Positions 38,046 through 46,683 of a stretch of DNA of 64,000 nt are shown here, piece after piece. The stretch's first letter is position 1. Each line of letters starts with the position of its first letter. Position numbers and translations under genes: made by a program. The notes beneath the pieces are model-generated. The model saw nothing but the letters and a program-made list of their open reading frames with translations, searched no databases and was not told the origin of the DNA. This DNA is from an uncultured Lachnospiraceae bacterium (lineage in GTDB: Bacteria; Bacillota; Clostridia; Lachnospirales; Lachnospiraceae): the NCBI GenBank assembly GCA_902797185.1, contig CADBRV010000052.1:129-64128 (forward strand), written 5' to 3'.

Positions 38046-38054
38046 TGCTATAAT
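38046..38054 (+). promoter_or_regulatory. Candidate extended -10 promoter (TGCTATAAT) reading toward DUF2207-lemA
   Basis: TGnTATAAT match about 300 nt upstream of ATG 38354. No -35 element recognised. Confidence 0.35.
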
Positions 38055-38063
38055 TTATCGTAA

Positions 38064-38220
38064 GGAGGAGCCCGCTTCAGCGGGAGGATTCCTTGCGATG
38101 CACTAGCTGCATCGTCCGCCGTCTCGCCTGGCAAGGCGATGACATAGGACGCGCCTTCACGCGAAGCGTGATCTTTCATGGCACGGCTCTCCTTATGGAC
38201 GATTTGGAATGCGGCGTCTG
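38064..38220 (-). repeat. Modular hairpin-forming intergenic element, copy 2 (long form plus terminal CCCGC hairpin)
   Basis: Its ends are near-identical to copy 1. The internal hairpin is replaced by a different but still self-complementary sequence (TCGCCT-tgcc-AGGCGA). The tail GAATCCTCCCGC-tgaa-GCGGG is shared with copy 3. Confidence 0.6.
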
Positions 38221-38353
38221 TCCATCTTGATACGCAAACTACGGGAGTAAAGAAAACTTTACTTTACCTCGCCACACGTCTCCCTTACAATAAAATCAGA
38301 AAACCATATGCGATATCATGGTTTAATGCCTCGGCAGAAAGGAGCAGGATCCT

Positions 38354-40384
38354 ATGAAGAATGGCTTTCGAATCCAAAGTGCTTCCCCTTCCAGAGAAAA
38401 GCGCCGTTTTTCCGCGCTTTTCCTGCTTTTTGCCCTCGTCCTGCTGCTTGCGGGCGCGGTTCTGTTCCCACGGAAGGCCTATGCCGGCTTCGACAGCGCC
38501 TACACCACCACTTCCTACGATGTGGACATCACGGTGGGCAAAGACCATGTCTGTACGTATACCGAAACCATTTCGGTGGATTTTTCCACACCCCGCCATG
38601 GCATTTACCGGTATATCCCTCTTAGCAGCGACTACCAGGTCAAAGATATTTCTGTGGAAGATGACGATTACAGCCTTTCCACTTCGGAAGGGAACAAAGT
38701 CATCCGCATCGGTTCTTCCGATGAGACCGTGACCGGTCCCAAGACTTATGTCATCCACTATACCCTGCAGTATTATAAAGATTCGGATCCGGATACGGAC
38801 GAGCTGTATCTGGATATTTTCCCCACCAGCTGGTCCACTGACGTGGAACAGGCATCGGTAAGGGTTTCCTTCCCGGAGGATTTTGACATGGACGGGATCG
38901 AGACCTACAGCGGGAGCTACTACAGCACCAGCAATGATTACGGCAGCTGGGATATTTCACCGGAAAACCATACCCTTGCCTTTACCGCGTCGAACCTCCC
39001 ATACAATGTCGGCGCGACGATCCGCGAAAAAATAAACGGCACTTACTGGGAAGGAATAAAGGCATCTTTCCGCATTTACCTCATCCTGCCCATCCTTTTC
39101 TCCTTGGGTGGATTTGTGCTGATGGTGCTTCTGTTTTCGTTTGCCAGGAAGGGCCGGGCAGACACTGTAGAAACCGTGGAATTTTACCCGCCGGACAACC
39201 TTTCCCCGCCGGAAATCGGCTATGCCTGGGATGACTCCTGCGATGAAAAGGACATTACGGCGCTGCTTTTCGACCTGGCAGCCAAAGGCTATATCCAGAT
39301 TGAAGAATGCGGAGATAGCAAAGGAAAAGGATCGAAACATAAGAAAAAAGGCGACACCGACTACGCTTTTATGAAAAAGCAGGACCCGCCGGAGTCGGAA
39401 AACCGCTACGTCAAGCAGTATTTTGAATTTCTGTTCGGGGATGACGCAAAAGACAAACCCGAGGGGACCCGGGTGCTCCTTGGCCAGTGCAAGGACTCCT
39501 TCTATGACCAGTACAAGACCATGAAGGACATGGTCACCAGTGAATTCAAGGCAAAGAAAACGCACAGCCAGCGGCTTTACAACAGGCATTCCCAGGTGGC
39601 AGCCCGTGTTATGCTGGGCATGCAGCTGGGCATCCTGATCGCTATCGTGGCATGCGCCCTCTGCCGGCCCGCCAGCCAGTTTTCTGTTTTTATCGTAGTG
39701 CCCATCCTTTTCGTGTGTGCCACCGGGTTCTATGCCCTTTTCCTGTACTTGTTCAGCAACGCCATCGAAAAATCCCGCTTTGCGAAAACCGCCAAATGGA
39801 AAGCCGGGGAGGTCATACTGGGCATCCTGTATTATTTCCTGACAGTGGTGCTCCTTGTGCTCTTCTGGCTCATGATGTACTTCCCGCAAGGCGGCTTCCT
39901 GCTGGCATACCTGCCCACCATAAGTTTTGCATTATTTGCACTGACGGCGCCATTATTCAGCGGGAACTGCCTCCAGAGGTCGCCGTACGGCGCCCGGCTT
40001 CTGGGCAAAATCCGGGGCTTCCGCACTTTTATCGAGGCAGCGGAAGCAGACCGGTTAAACGAGCTGCTGCGCCAGGACCCGGACTATTATTACCGGATCC
40101 TGCCTTATGCTTATGTCTTCGGACTGGTGAAAAATTGGGGACAGAACTTTAAGAACATCGCGGTACCGCCGCCATCCTGGTACGTCCCGCTTGATCCCTA
40201 TGCCCCGATGGACATCATCTTCCTCTCCGGGCAGTTCAACAGCATTTCCAGCCAGATCGCTTTGCAGATTGCGGCCGACAAAGTTTCCGTTGCAGAATCG
40301 CAGGGCGGTGGCTTCTCCGGCGGCATCTCCGGAGGCGGCTTCACCGGCGGCGGGGGCGGCGGCGGGGGCGGCGGCTCCTGGTGA
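38354..40384 (+). CDS. DUF2207 domain-containing membrane protein
   Basis: Signal/TM start, a ~200-aa extracytoplasmic N-domain, multiple TM helices and the family-typical poly-Gly C-terminus GGFSGGISGGGFTGGGGGGGGGGSW. Adjacent to lemA. Confidence 0.75.
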   Translation: MKNGFRIQSASPSREKRRFSALFLLFALVLLLAGAVLFPRKAYAGFDSAYTTTSYDVDITVGKDHVCTYTETISVDFSTPRHGIYRYIPLSSDYQVKDISVEDDDYSLSTSEGNKVIRIGSSDETVTGPKTYVIHYTLQYYKDSDPDTDELYLDIFPTSWSTDVEQASVRVSFPEDFDMDGIETYSGSYYSTSNDYGSWDISPENHTLAFTASNLPYNVGATIREKINGTYWEGIKASFRIYLILPILFSLGGFVLMVLLFSFARKGRADTVETVEFYPPDNLSPPEIGYAWDDSCDEKDITALLFDLAAKGYIQIEECGDSKGKGSKHKKKGDTDYAFMKKQDPPESENRYVKQYFEFLFGDDAKDKPEGTRVLLGQCKDSFYDQYKTMKDMVTSEFKAKKTHSQRLYNRHSQVAARVMLGMQLGILIAIVACALCRPASQFSVFIVVPILFVCATGFYALFLYLFSNAIEKSRFAKTAKWKAGEVILGILYYFLTVVLLVLFWLMMYFPQGGFLLAYLPTISFALFALTAPLFSGNCLQRSPYGARLLGKIRGFRTFIEAAEADRLNELLRQDPDYYYRILPYAYVFGLVKNWGQNFKNIAVPPPSWYVPLDPYAPMDIIFLSGQFNSISSQIALQIAADKVSVAESQGGGFSGGISGGGFTGGGGGGGGGGSW

Positions 40385-40397
40385 TGGCTTATTACAA

Positions 40398-40512
40398 ACG
40401 GCAGGCAGAAAGTATCACCCCACGGCAGGCAGAAAACATCGCCTGACGACCGGCAGAAGACATCGCCTGACGACCGGCAAAAAACATCGCCTGACGACCG
40501 GCAGAAAACATC
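40398..40512. repeat. About 4.7 tandem copies of a 24-bp unit (ACCGGCAGAAAACATCGCCTGACG) between DUF2207 and lemA
   Basis: Units start at 40398 (degenerate), 40422 (27 nt), 40449, 40473 and 40497. The array is followed by TTTTTCC. Confidence 0.8.
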
Positions 40513-40635
40513 TTTTTCCTATTTTGCCTGAGCGCAAAAGGATATCAAATATTGAAAATAAAAGAAAGCGGAAAAATTTCGTTAAAGATCGTGAGGAGAA
40601 AATAATCTTTTCAGAACAATAAGGAGGGACTTTTT

Positions 40636-41199
40636 ATGAGGATCGGAATCTTCGTCGGCGTCCTGGCAGCCATCATCATCGCCATAATTTTGATCTGGTT
40701 CGCCAGCTGCTACAACAGCTTCGTAAAGCTTACAAATACCTGCAAAGAAGCATATGCCACCATGGATGTGTATTTAAAGAAACGGTTTGACCTGATTCCC
40801 AACCTGGTGGAAACGATTAAAGGCGCTTCAAACTATGAGCAGTCCACTTTGCAGAAAGTCATCGATGCCCGTTCCAGGATCGAGTCGGCAGGCTCCACTT
40901 CCGAGAAACTGGAAGGGGAAAACCAGCTGACTTCTTCCCTTCGCTCTATCTTTGCCCTGTCCGAATCTTACCCGGACCTGAAGGCAAACCAGAATTACAA
41001 CGACCTGATGGAGCAGCTGCGGCGCATCGAGGAAGACATCGCCAATTCCAGGAAATATTACAACGCCGTGGTCAAACGGCTGAACAACAAAGTGGAAATG
41101 TTCCCCTCCAACATCGTGGCTGCTATATTCCACTATGAAACCCAGCCGATGTTTGAAATTACCAGCGAAGAAAGAGAGAATGTAAAAGTTCAATTTTAG
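40636..41199 (+). CDS. lemA: LemA family protein
   Basis: N-terminal TM helix then CYNSFVKL...MDVYLKKRFDLIPNLVETIKG...YYNAVVKRLNNKVEMFPSNIVA, a typical LemA sequence. Confidence 0.85.
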   Translation: MRIGIFVGVLAAIIIAIILIWFASCYNSFVKLTNTCKEAYATMDVYLKKRFDLIPNLVETIKGASNYEQSTLQKVIDARSRIESAGSTSEKLEGENQLTSSLRSIFALSESYPDLKANQNYNDLMEQLRRIEEDIANSRKYYNAVVKRLNNKVEMFPSNIVAAIFHYETQPMFEITSEERENVKVQF

Positions 41200-42071
41200 C
41201 CCTGCTCCGGACTAGGTTTCCTCGTCTCAGATTCATCCTGGATCCGTGGTTCTCCGCTGTTTCCAGAATTTTCTTCTTTGCCCGGTTCGAAGTTACTCTT
41301 TTCTTCAATCTCCGGTACTTCTTCCGGCTTATCCAGGATATGGGGGTCTGTGTAGAACTTTTCAAATAAATACTCCGACTTGGGGACCGCATCCAGAAGC
41401 TGTGGGTCCGTATCCTCAAATTCAAAATTCCCGGGACCGGCGCCCAGCCAGAAATGGTATTTGACAATGCCCTGGTCCACGCCGCTGAGGATCCCTTCGC
41501 CATAGGTGACCTTCACTTTATTTCCGCGGCGCAGGATGACATAATTCTGACGGTTCATGGCAGTAGGCGCCAGAAGGGAAGCTTTGACCCCTTCCTGGAA
41601 CCAGCCCGGCGAATCCAGGTATTCCGGTGAGACCTGCTCCGGGCGCTTGGACCGATGGGGTACGCCCTGGGTCATCCCATGCCCTACAACAAGGATTCCG
41701 AAAAGTTTTTCCGCTCCCACCTGCTTCTGGACTTTCCTACGGCTGTAAGTGCCGCCAACCCACCAGCTGTTGAGGCCTATGGTCTGGGCATACAGCATCA
41801 AATCCGCGCTGGCCATGCCGACCCGCTCTCCCAGCCGGTCGGAAGGTTCGCCTGCCAAAATTATGTAATTGCAGACGCCTTTTGCCGGAAATAATTTCCA
41901 GATGCCGCCAATAACCCCTTCCTCGCCGCAGACCAGCTTCATGGACAAGCCAAACGCGTCATTATCCAGCCGGATCCTTTCGTTTAACTGGCCCGCTTCG
42001 CTTTTCCTCAGCGGCTCATCCTCATACTTGCGGACAGTGTGCCGAAGTGCCATGGCTTCTTTTAATGTCAT
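41196..42071 (-). CDS. Nitroreductase family protein with ~90-aa acidic C-terminal extension
   Basis: N-terminal LKEAMALRHTVRKYEDEPL and a typical nitroreductase core of about 200 aa, followed by a low-complexity tail. Confidence 0.7.
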   Translation of the reverse strand: MTLKEAMALRHTVRKYEDEPLRKSEAGQLNERIRLDNDAFGLSMKLVCGEEGVIGGIWKLFPAKGVCNYIILAGEPSDRLGERVGMASADLMLYAQTIGLNSWWVGGTYSRRKVQKQVGAEKLFGILVVGHGMTQGVPHRSKRPEQVSPEYLDSPGWFQEGVKASLLAPTAMNRQNYVILRRGNKVKVTYGEGILSGVDQGIVKYHFWLGAGPGNFEFEDTDPQLLDAVPKSEYLFEKFYTDPHILDKPEEVPEIEEKSNFEPGKEENSGNSGEPRIQDESETRKPSPEQG

Positions 42072-42319
42072 CTCTCACCGCTCCCCATCCGGCAAATCAT
42101 CCGTTAGGTTTGCCTATCTCTTCTCATCTGTTTCCATTATAGCGGCCTGGAAACCAGAAAAAAAGACAGGATAAAGATGAATTGCATGAATTCCAATCCT
42201 GTTTTATAAGCCTATGATTCAGGAAAAAAAGAGAACTATGCCCGCGCACTTAATACGCATTTTGCAGCATGGCTCACCGGATATGTTCCGTTCTCTCGTG
42301 GCTGATTGGACCCTCTAAC

Positions 42320-42360
42320 CACAAATTCCGGCGGGACGTATAAAGCCATCCCGCCGGAAC
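42320..42360 (-). terminator. Rho-independent terminator after the NTF2-like gene triad
   Basis: TTCCGGCGGGA-12 nt-TCCCGCCGGAA followed by TTTGTGG on the minus strand. Confidence 0.65.
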
Positions 42361-42387
42361 CTGCAAAATCCCTGGCTTAGTTTTCCT

Positions 42388-43245
42388 TTATTCATCCCCT
42401 TCCCGGATCTTGCCGAAGGGGTTGTCTGCCATCTGGGCGTCAAAGTTTGCCACAGCTTTTTCCTTTACCTCTACCAATACATGGTCCGTAGGGTCCCAGC
42501 GTCCCGGCGAATAGGACTTGTCATCCGGCACGTCCTTTAACGTGGTATAGGGATCCGGCGCCGGCACCGTATCCTGCACGGTCTGCACGATCGTATAATC
42601 CCGGTGGAACAGCCCCGGCTCTGTCAGCTGGGCAGGCCGTCCTCCCAGTTCCCCTACCGTGCAGTCATTTTCAATAAAATCAAGGTAGCGGTTGTGGGCC
42701 CAGTTGCCGGTATCGTAGTCACCCGCCAGATCCGGGCATACCTGCTCATGGAACCACTGCCATTTTCCGTCCACATAAGCGAATTCCGAGCCATAACGCT
42801 CCCAGAGCCAGACGCCGCTGCGGTGCACGTTGTCGAAACCTACCGGCCCTGTCAGCGTGCCGGGCGTAAGGTAAGATGCCCTGGCGCTTTTCCCGTCTTC
42901 CGCCACCTCGATCACGTCGCTGGCCAGCACATGCAGGCCGCTGCTGCCTGAAGAACGGATGTCATGCCCCATGTACTGGGGGAAGTGGCGGATGGTCTCC
43001 CCATAAGCATGGCAGCACATATTGTCCATATGCCCCACGCTGTTCAGGTAAACCTCGTCGTAGCCTACCATCCGCCCGAACTGGTGGGCCCAGGTGGTAT
43101 TTTTGCTCTTCAGCCACATATAGTCCCATTCTTCCCGGGAATAGCCTACGCCGTGCAGATAGGCATGGCGCGCTTTGTATTCCTCCACGGTCTGGCTGCC
43201 GATGGCGTTGTGGAGGCGCTGTTTAAAACTTAATTTTTTCTTCAT
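42388..43245 (-). CDS. NTF2-like (SnoaL_4-type) domain protein, paralogue 3 of 3
   Basis: AEDGKSARASYLTPG...GVWLWERYGSEFAYVDGKWQWFHEQV parallels the two upstream paralogues. Confidence 0.5.
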   Translation of the reverse strand: MKKKLSFKQRLHNAIGSQTVEEYKARHAYLHGVGYSREEWDYMWLKSKNTTWAHQFGRMVGYDEVYLNSVGHMDNMCCHAYGETIRHFPQYMGHDIRSSGSSGLHVLASDVIEVAEDGKSARASYLTPGTLTGPVGFDNVHRSGVWLWERYGSEFAYVDGKWQWFHEQVCPDLAGDYDTGNWAHNRYLDFIENDCTVGELGGRPAQLTEPGLFHRDYTIVQTVQDTVPAPDPYTTLKDVPDDKSYSPGRWDPTDHVLVEVKEKAVANFDAQMADNPFGKIREGDE

Positions 43246-43256
43246 CTTCCCACCTC

Positions 43257-44015
43257 CTAACGGGGATCCCTGATATAGTAAGGCTTGCCCAAATTGCCCT
43301 CCGGCCCGTAGCTGCGCTCGTCCGTCATGGTTTCATAGGGGCGCGGCATATCCTGGAACATGTATTCCCATCCAAAGAAAGGATCGTACACGGTACGCTT
43401 GTCCGTGGGCTCGCCAAAATCTGCCGATAGCGGGTCCGGCCAGGACGGGTCCGCCTCTTTTGCCGCATAGTTCTCGCCAACGGGAAAGGTATGGTCCCGC
43501 TCCAGCTCCAGATGCCAGATCTTCCAACCGTCTTTTTCGCGAATCAAATCGCAGTGGATCAGGCCCAGCTCCATAAAGCTGTCTGCCGTCCCATCCGGTT
43601 TCCCCATGCTCTGGAACCCAGCCTGGTATCCCTGGAACTGGGCAGTCTTCCCGTCTTCCGCGATATAAACCAGAGGCGTCGTGGCGGTGTGCATTGCCGC
43701 GCAGCCAAGCCCGAGGTGTTCGTCATCCAGCGGAGTCCCTTTGGCCTCATGGTATTTTTCCAGCACTTCCATGCGCTGCTTCCGTCGGTAGTCCACATAG
43801 AATTTCCGGATTTCCTCCATCCCGACATAATAACCGGTGTTCACGCCAAAAGCTGCTGTCTTCTGGTTTTCCGGCTCTTTTACCCAGAGGGCATCCAGCT
43901 CTTCTTCCCGCTGCTCATTGGAAAAATAGTAGCTGTGGCGGTTTAAAACCTTCCGCACTTCTTCCACGTCCCAAAGGCGCAGCACTTTTTCTTCATCGGT
44001 AAACTCTTTTTTCAT
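43257..44015 (-). CDS. NTF2-like (SnoaL_4-type) domain protein, paralogue 2 of 3
   Basis: Start set at MKKEFTDEEKVLRLW (ATG 44015, GAGGGGAGG SD). Motifs AEDGKTAQFQGY...DGWKIWHLELE. Confidence 0.5.
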   Translation of the reverse strand: MKKEFTDEEKVLRLWDVEEVRKVLNRHSYYFSNEQREEELDALWVKEPENQKTAAFGVNTGYYVGMEEIRKFYVDYRRKQRMEVLEKYHEAKGTPLDDEHLGLGCAAMHTATTPLVYIAEDGKTAQFQGYQAGFQSMGKPDGTADSFMELGLIHCDLIREKDGWKIWHLELERDHTFPVGENYAAKEADPSWPDPLSADFGEPTDKRTVYDPFFGWEYMFQDMPRPYETMTDERSYGPEGNLGKPYYIRDPR

Positions 44016-44028
44016 CGCGCGCCTCCCC

Positions 44029-44757
44029 TCAAATGCCATAGCTGAACGTATCCGCGAACGTCCCATACGGTTCCGGTACCCTGGGGCTTGGCGCAAACGG
44101 CCGCTCCGCGGAATAAGTTTCCCTCAAAGTACAGGGCTGATTGGGCTGCACTTCCTGATAATCCTTCATGGCGGCGAATTCCGGGCGTTCTTCATAGGTA
44201 TGCCACGGCCCGGTCCACTGGTTTCCGCAGGGGCGGTCAATCTCCCGCAGGTACTGCATGTGCCAGATCCTCCATTTCTCATCCTCCCGGATGAAGTCCA
44301 CGGCAAACCAGCCCCATTCCCAGATGCCCTGGGGGCCGCCCGGCGTCAGGATGGAATAGGAGCCGCGGATGCACCAGAGCCCCTTCGCTGTTTTCCCATC
44401 TTCTGCCAGCTCGATCACCGGCGTATCCACCGGTCGGTATGTCATCATGCCGACGCCATACAATTCTTCTTCCGTTTTTCCCTCAAAATTCTTCGGAAAA
44501 GCTTTCGCGATCACGCTGCTTTCCAGACGGATCCGCTCTGCCTGGCCCGCATAGTATTCCTTTACATGCTCTGGCCCGGTAAACCAGCCCGTATTAATCC
44601 CCAAGCACACGTCATCCCGGCTGCTCCAATATTTGGAGAACATGCCGCCCTCTTTTTTCAGGGTATAATCCTGGGACATGCGGCCCATCAGGTTTTTAAT
44701 CTCCCTCTGGTCTTCCCAACGTCCCAGCAGCTCTTCCGCATCAAACGTCCTGCCCAA
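44029..44757 (-). CDS. NTF2-like (SnoaL_4-type) domain protein, paralogue 1 of 3
   Basis: Start moved to the in-frame TTG at 44757 (AAAGGAGAGG SD 5 nt upstream), which aligns with the paralogue 2 N-terminus. Motifs AEDGKTAKGLW...DEKWRIWHMQYL. Confidence 0.5.
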   Translation of the reverse strand: MGRTFDAEELLGRWEDQREIKNLMGRMSQDYTLKKEGGMFSKYWSSRDDVCLGINTGWFTGPEHVKEYYAGQAERIRLESSVIAKAFPKNFEGKTEEELYGVGMMTYRPVDTPVIELAEDGKTAKGLWCIRGSYSILTPGGPQGIWEWGWFAVDFIREDEKWRIWHMQYLREIDRPCGNQWTGPWHTYEERPEFAAMKDYQEVQPNQPCTLRETYSAERPFAPSPRVPEPYGTFADTFSYGI

Positions 44758-44850
44758 ATGAACCTCTCCTTTCCATTTTCCAAACAAGTAATTTGCCTGC
44801 TATGTAATTGCTTAATTTCATTATATTCGTATGAAAGCCGCCCTTTTACA

Positions 44851-44897
44851 GAAAAAAAAGCTCCTATTTACAATCCTGTGATTGTAAATAGGAGCTT
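44851..44897 (-). terminator. Very strong intrinsic terminator (18-bp perfect stem) with no annotated gene immediately upstream
   Basis: Minus strand: AAGCTCCTATTTACAATC-acag-GATTGTAAATAGGAGCTT followed by TTTTTTTT. Confidence 0.8.
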
Positions 44898-45346
44898 CTT
44901 ATAAATGATTCAGAATATTATAGAGGCAGTTTCCTGCCCAATCGAAATCCCCAGGAGAGGCTGCCTCCGGCCTTTTCCAAGGAAAACTTCTGTAATAAAG
45001 TGCAAGGCCTTCTGCAGGAGTCCAGGGAACTTCTTCAAAAATCCGGGAAACTTCTGCAATAATCCCAGAAGCATCTGGGGAAAAACGGAAGTTTCCTGCC
45101 GGTGCCAAGGGATTCCTGCTGGACCTGCCATCTATTCCTTGTCCTGTCTTGCATTACCAAGACATTCGGATTTGCTTATTACCTTCCCTTTCCCATTCCA
45201 ATTTAGAATAGGCTTATGCTGCCGCTTCGCGTCTATACAGGCATGCCATGCAGCATGCCGGCACACCATACAGATACCGCCATGCAGCATTTGTGCCGGC
45301 ATGGCATGTTTCTGCATCACAACACATTTATCCTGCTATGCCGCAA

Positions 45347-46414
45347 TTATACCGTCACGCCTCTCTGGGCGTTTTCAAACTCCCTGAGTTTGCGTTTTGC
45401 TTCTTCATTCAGGTGGCGCGGCACTTCGATCTCCACGGTCACATAGAGGTCGCCTTTTTCTGTCGGATGCTTCATGGAAGGCATCCCTTTTCCACGCAGC
45501 CGGATCTTGGAACCGGACTGGGTACCCTCACGGATCTTGCAGCGGACATTCCCGTCCAAAGTCTGGACGGTGGCTTCCCCGCCAAGGGCAGCCGTGGAAA
45601 ACGGCACCTTCACAGCGGAATAAACATCCATTCCCTTCCTGGTAAATCCGGGCTGGTCTGCCACCGTTACTTCCAGGTACAAGTCGCCGGCGGCGCCGCC
45701 CCGGATGCCCGGACCGCCCTGGCCGCTGAGACGGATCTTCTTGCCGCTCTCGATGCCGGCAGGGATATGCACCTTATAGGACTGCATATGGCCGCTGGCA
45801 TTTTTGAGCCGTACGACCCGCTCCCCGCCACGGTAAGCGTCCATAAAAGGCACCGTGATTTTGGCGGTCACGTCCTGCCCTTTCACTGGGCCTGTCTGGC
45901 CGGCATTTCCTCCAAACCCGCTGTAGGTATGGAATCCGCTGCGTCCGCCGCGGTTGTAACTCCTGCCGCTGCCGGAGCTGTTAAAATTCGAAAAGCCATC
46001 GGTCCCTCCGGAGGTAAACCCTCCTGAGAAGCCTCCGCCGAACATGTTCTTCAGGATATCGTCAAACCCGGCCGCGTCCCCATTTGTAAAATGGAATTCA
46101 CGATACTGGGTATTGCCATTCCCGCCGGCATTGCCAAAACCGCCAAACCCGCTGAAGGGGCCCTGCCCGTTCCAGTCTGCGCCCTGGCCGTCTCCGGCAA
46201 AACCGAACTGGTCGTACTGTTTTCTTTTCTCTTTATCGCTCAAAACCTCGTAAGCTTCGGTTACTTCCTTAAATTTATCAGCAGCATCCGGGCTTTTGTT
46301 CGTATCCGGATGGTATTTCTTTGCCAGTTTGTGATAGGCTTTCCGGATCGCCGCTTCATCCGCGTCACGGCTTACGCCAAGCACTTCATAATAATCTCTC
46401 TTTCCAGACATCAC
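45347..46414 (-). CDS. J-domain co-chaperone lacking the zinc-finger (CbpA/class II DnaJ-like)
   Basis: J domain [31 protein letters not shown], a G/F-rich region and DnaJ C-terminal domains. No CxxCxGxG repeats. Confidence 0.85.
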   Translation of the reverse strand: MMSGKRDYYEVLGVSRDADEAAIRKAYHKLAKKYHPDTNKSPDAADKFKEVTEAYEVLSDKEKRKQYDQFGFAGDGQGADWNGQGPFSGFGGFGNAGGNGNTQYREFHFTNGDAAGFDDILKNMFGGGFSGGFTSGGTDGFSNFNSSGSGRSYNRGGRSGFHTYSGFGGNAGQTGPVKGQDVTAKITVPFMDAYRGGERVVRLKNASGHMQSYKVHIPAGIESGKKIRLSGQGGPGIRGGAAGDLYLEVTVADQPGFTRKGMDVYSAVKVPFSTAALGGEATVQTLDGNVRCKIREGTQSGSKIRLRGKGMPSMKHPTEKGDLYVTVEIEVPRHLNEEAKRKLREFENAQRGVTV

Positions 46415-46520
46415 ACCCGAGCCTCCTTTCCCGATGTATAAAAAGCCATGTCAAAGGATGCATGCGCTGCATGCTGGCACAGCCATCCATCACCCTGCAG
46501 TGATGAAAGAAAACAGACGG

Positions 46521-46556
46521 CTAAAAAACGGCGGACGGCTATGCGCTGCCCGCCGT
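46521..46556 (-). terminator. Intrinsic terminator between a consensus promoter and the J-protein gene
   Basis: ACGGCGG-15 nt-CCGCCGT followed by TTTTTT on the minus strand. Confidence 0.65.
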
Positions 46557-46629
46557 CCCCGGCCTGATGAAATGCCGCTGCCGTTCCTTATACAGGATAT
46601 AGCGCTTCATTTCTTTCTGTTCTATTTGT

Positions 46630-46658
46630 ACTATAACACAAGCTTTTTAAAAGGTCAA
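46630..46658 (-). promoter_or_regulatory. Near-consensus sigma-A promoter (TTGACC-17 nt-TATAGT)
   Basis: Read directly on the minus strand, about 25 nt downstream of the phoR stop codon. Confidence 0.6.
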
Positions 46659-46683
46659 CAGGTTCTGGGAATTTCTTTCTTAT

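Noticed and set aside
38285-38758. 157-aa minus-strand ORF overlapping the DUF2207 start
   Set aside because: The plus-strand DUF2207 ORF has an SD, a signal sequence and family hallmarks. The minus-strand ORF has none.
40398-40512. Possible CRISPR array
   Set aside because: The repeats are contiguous 24-mers without spacers and no cas genes are present. This is a simple tandem repeat.
46415-46683. CIRCE (HrcA) operator upstream of the J-protein gene
   Set aside because: No TTAGCACTC-n9-GAGTGCTAA-like inverted repeat is present.
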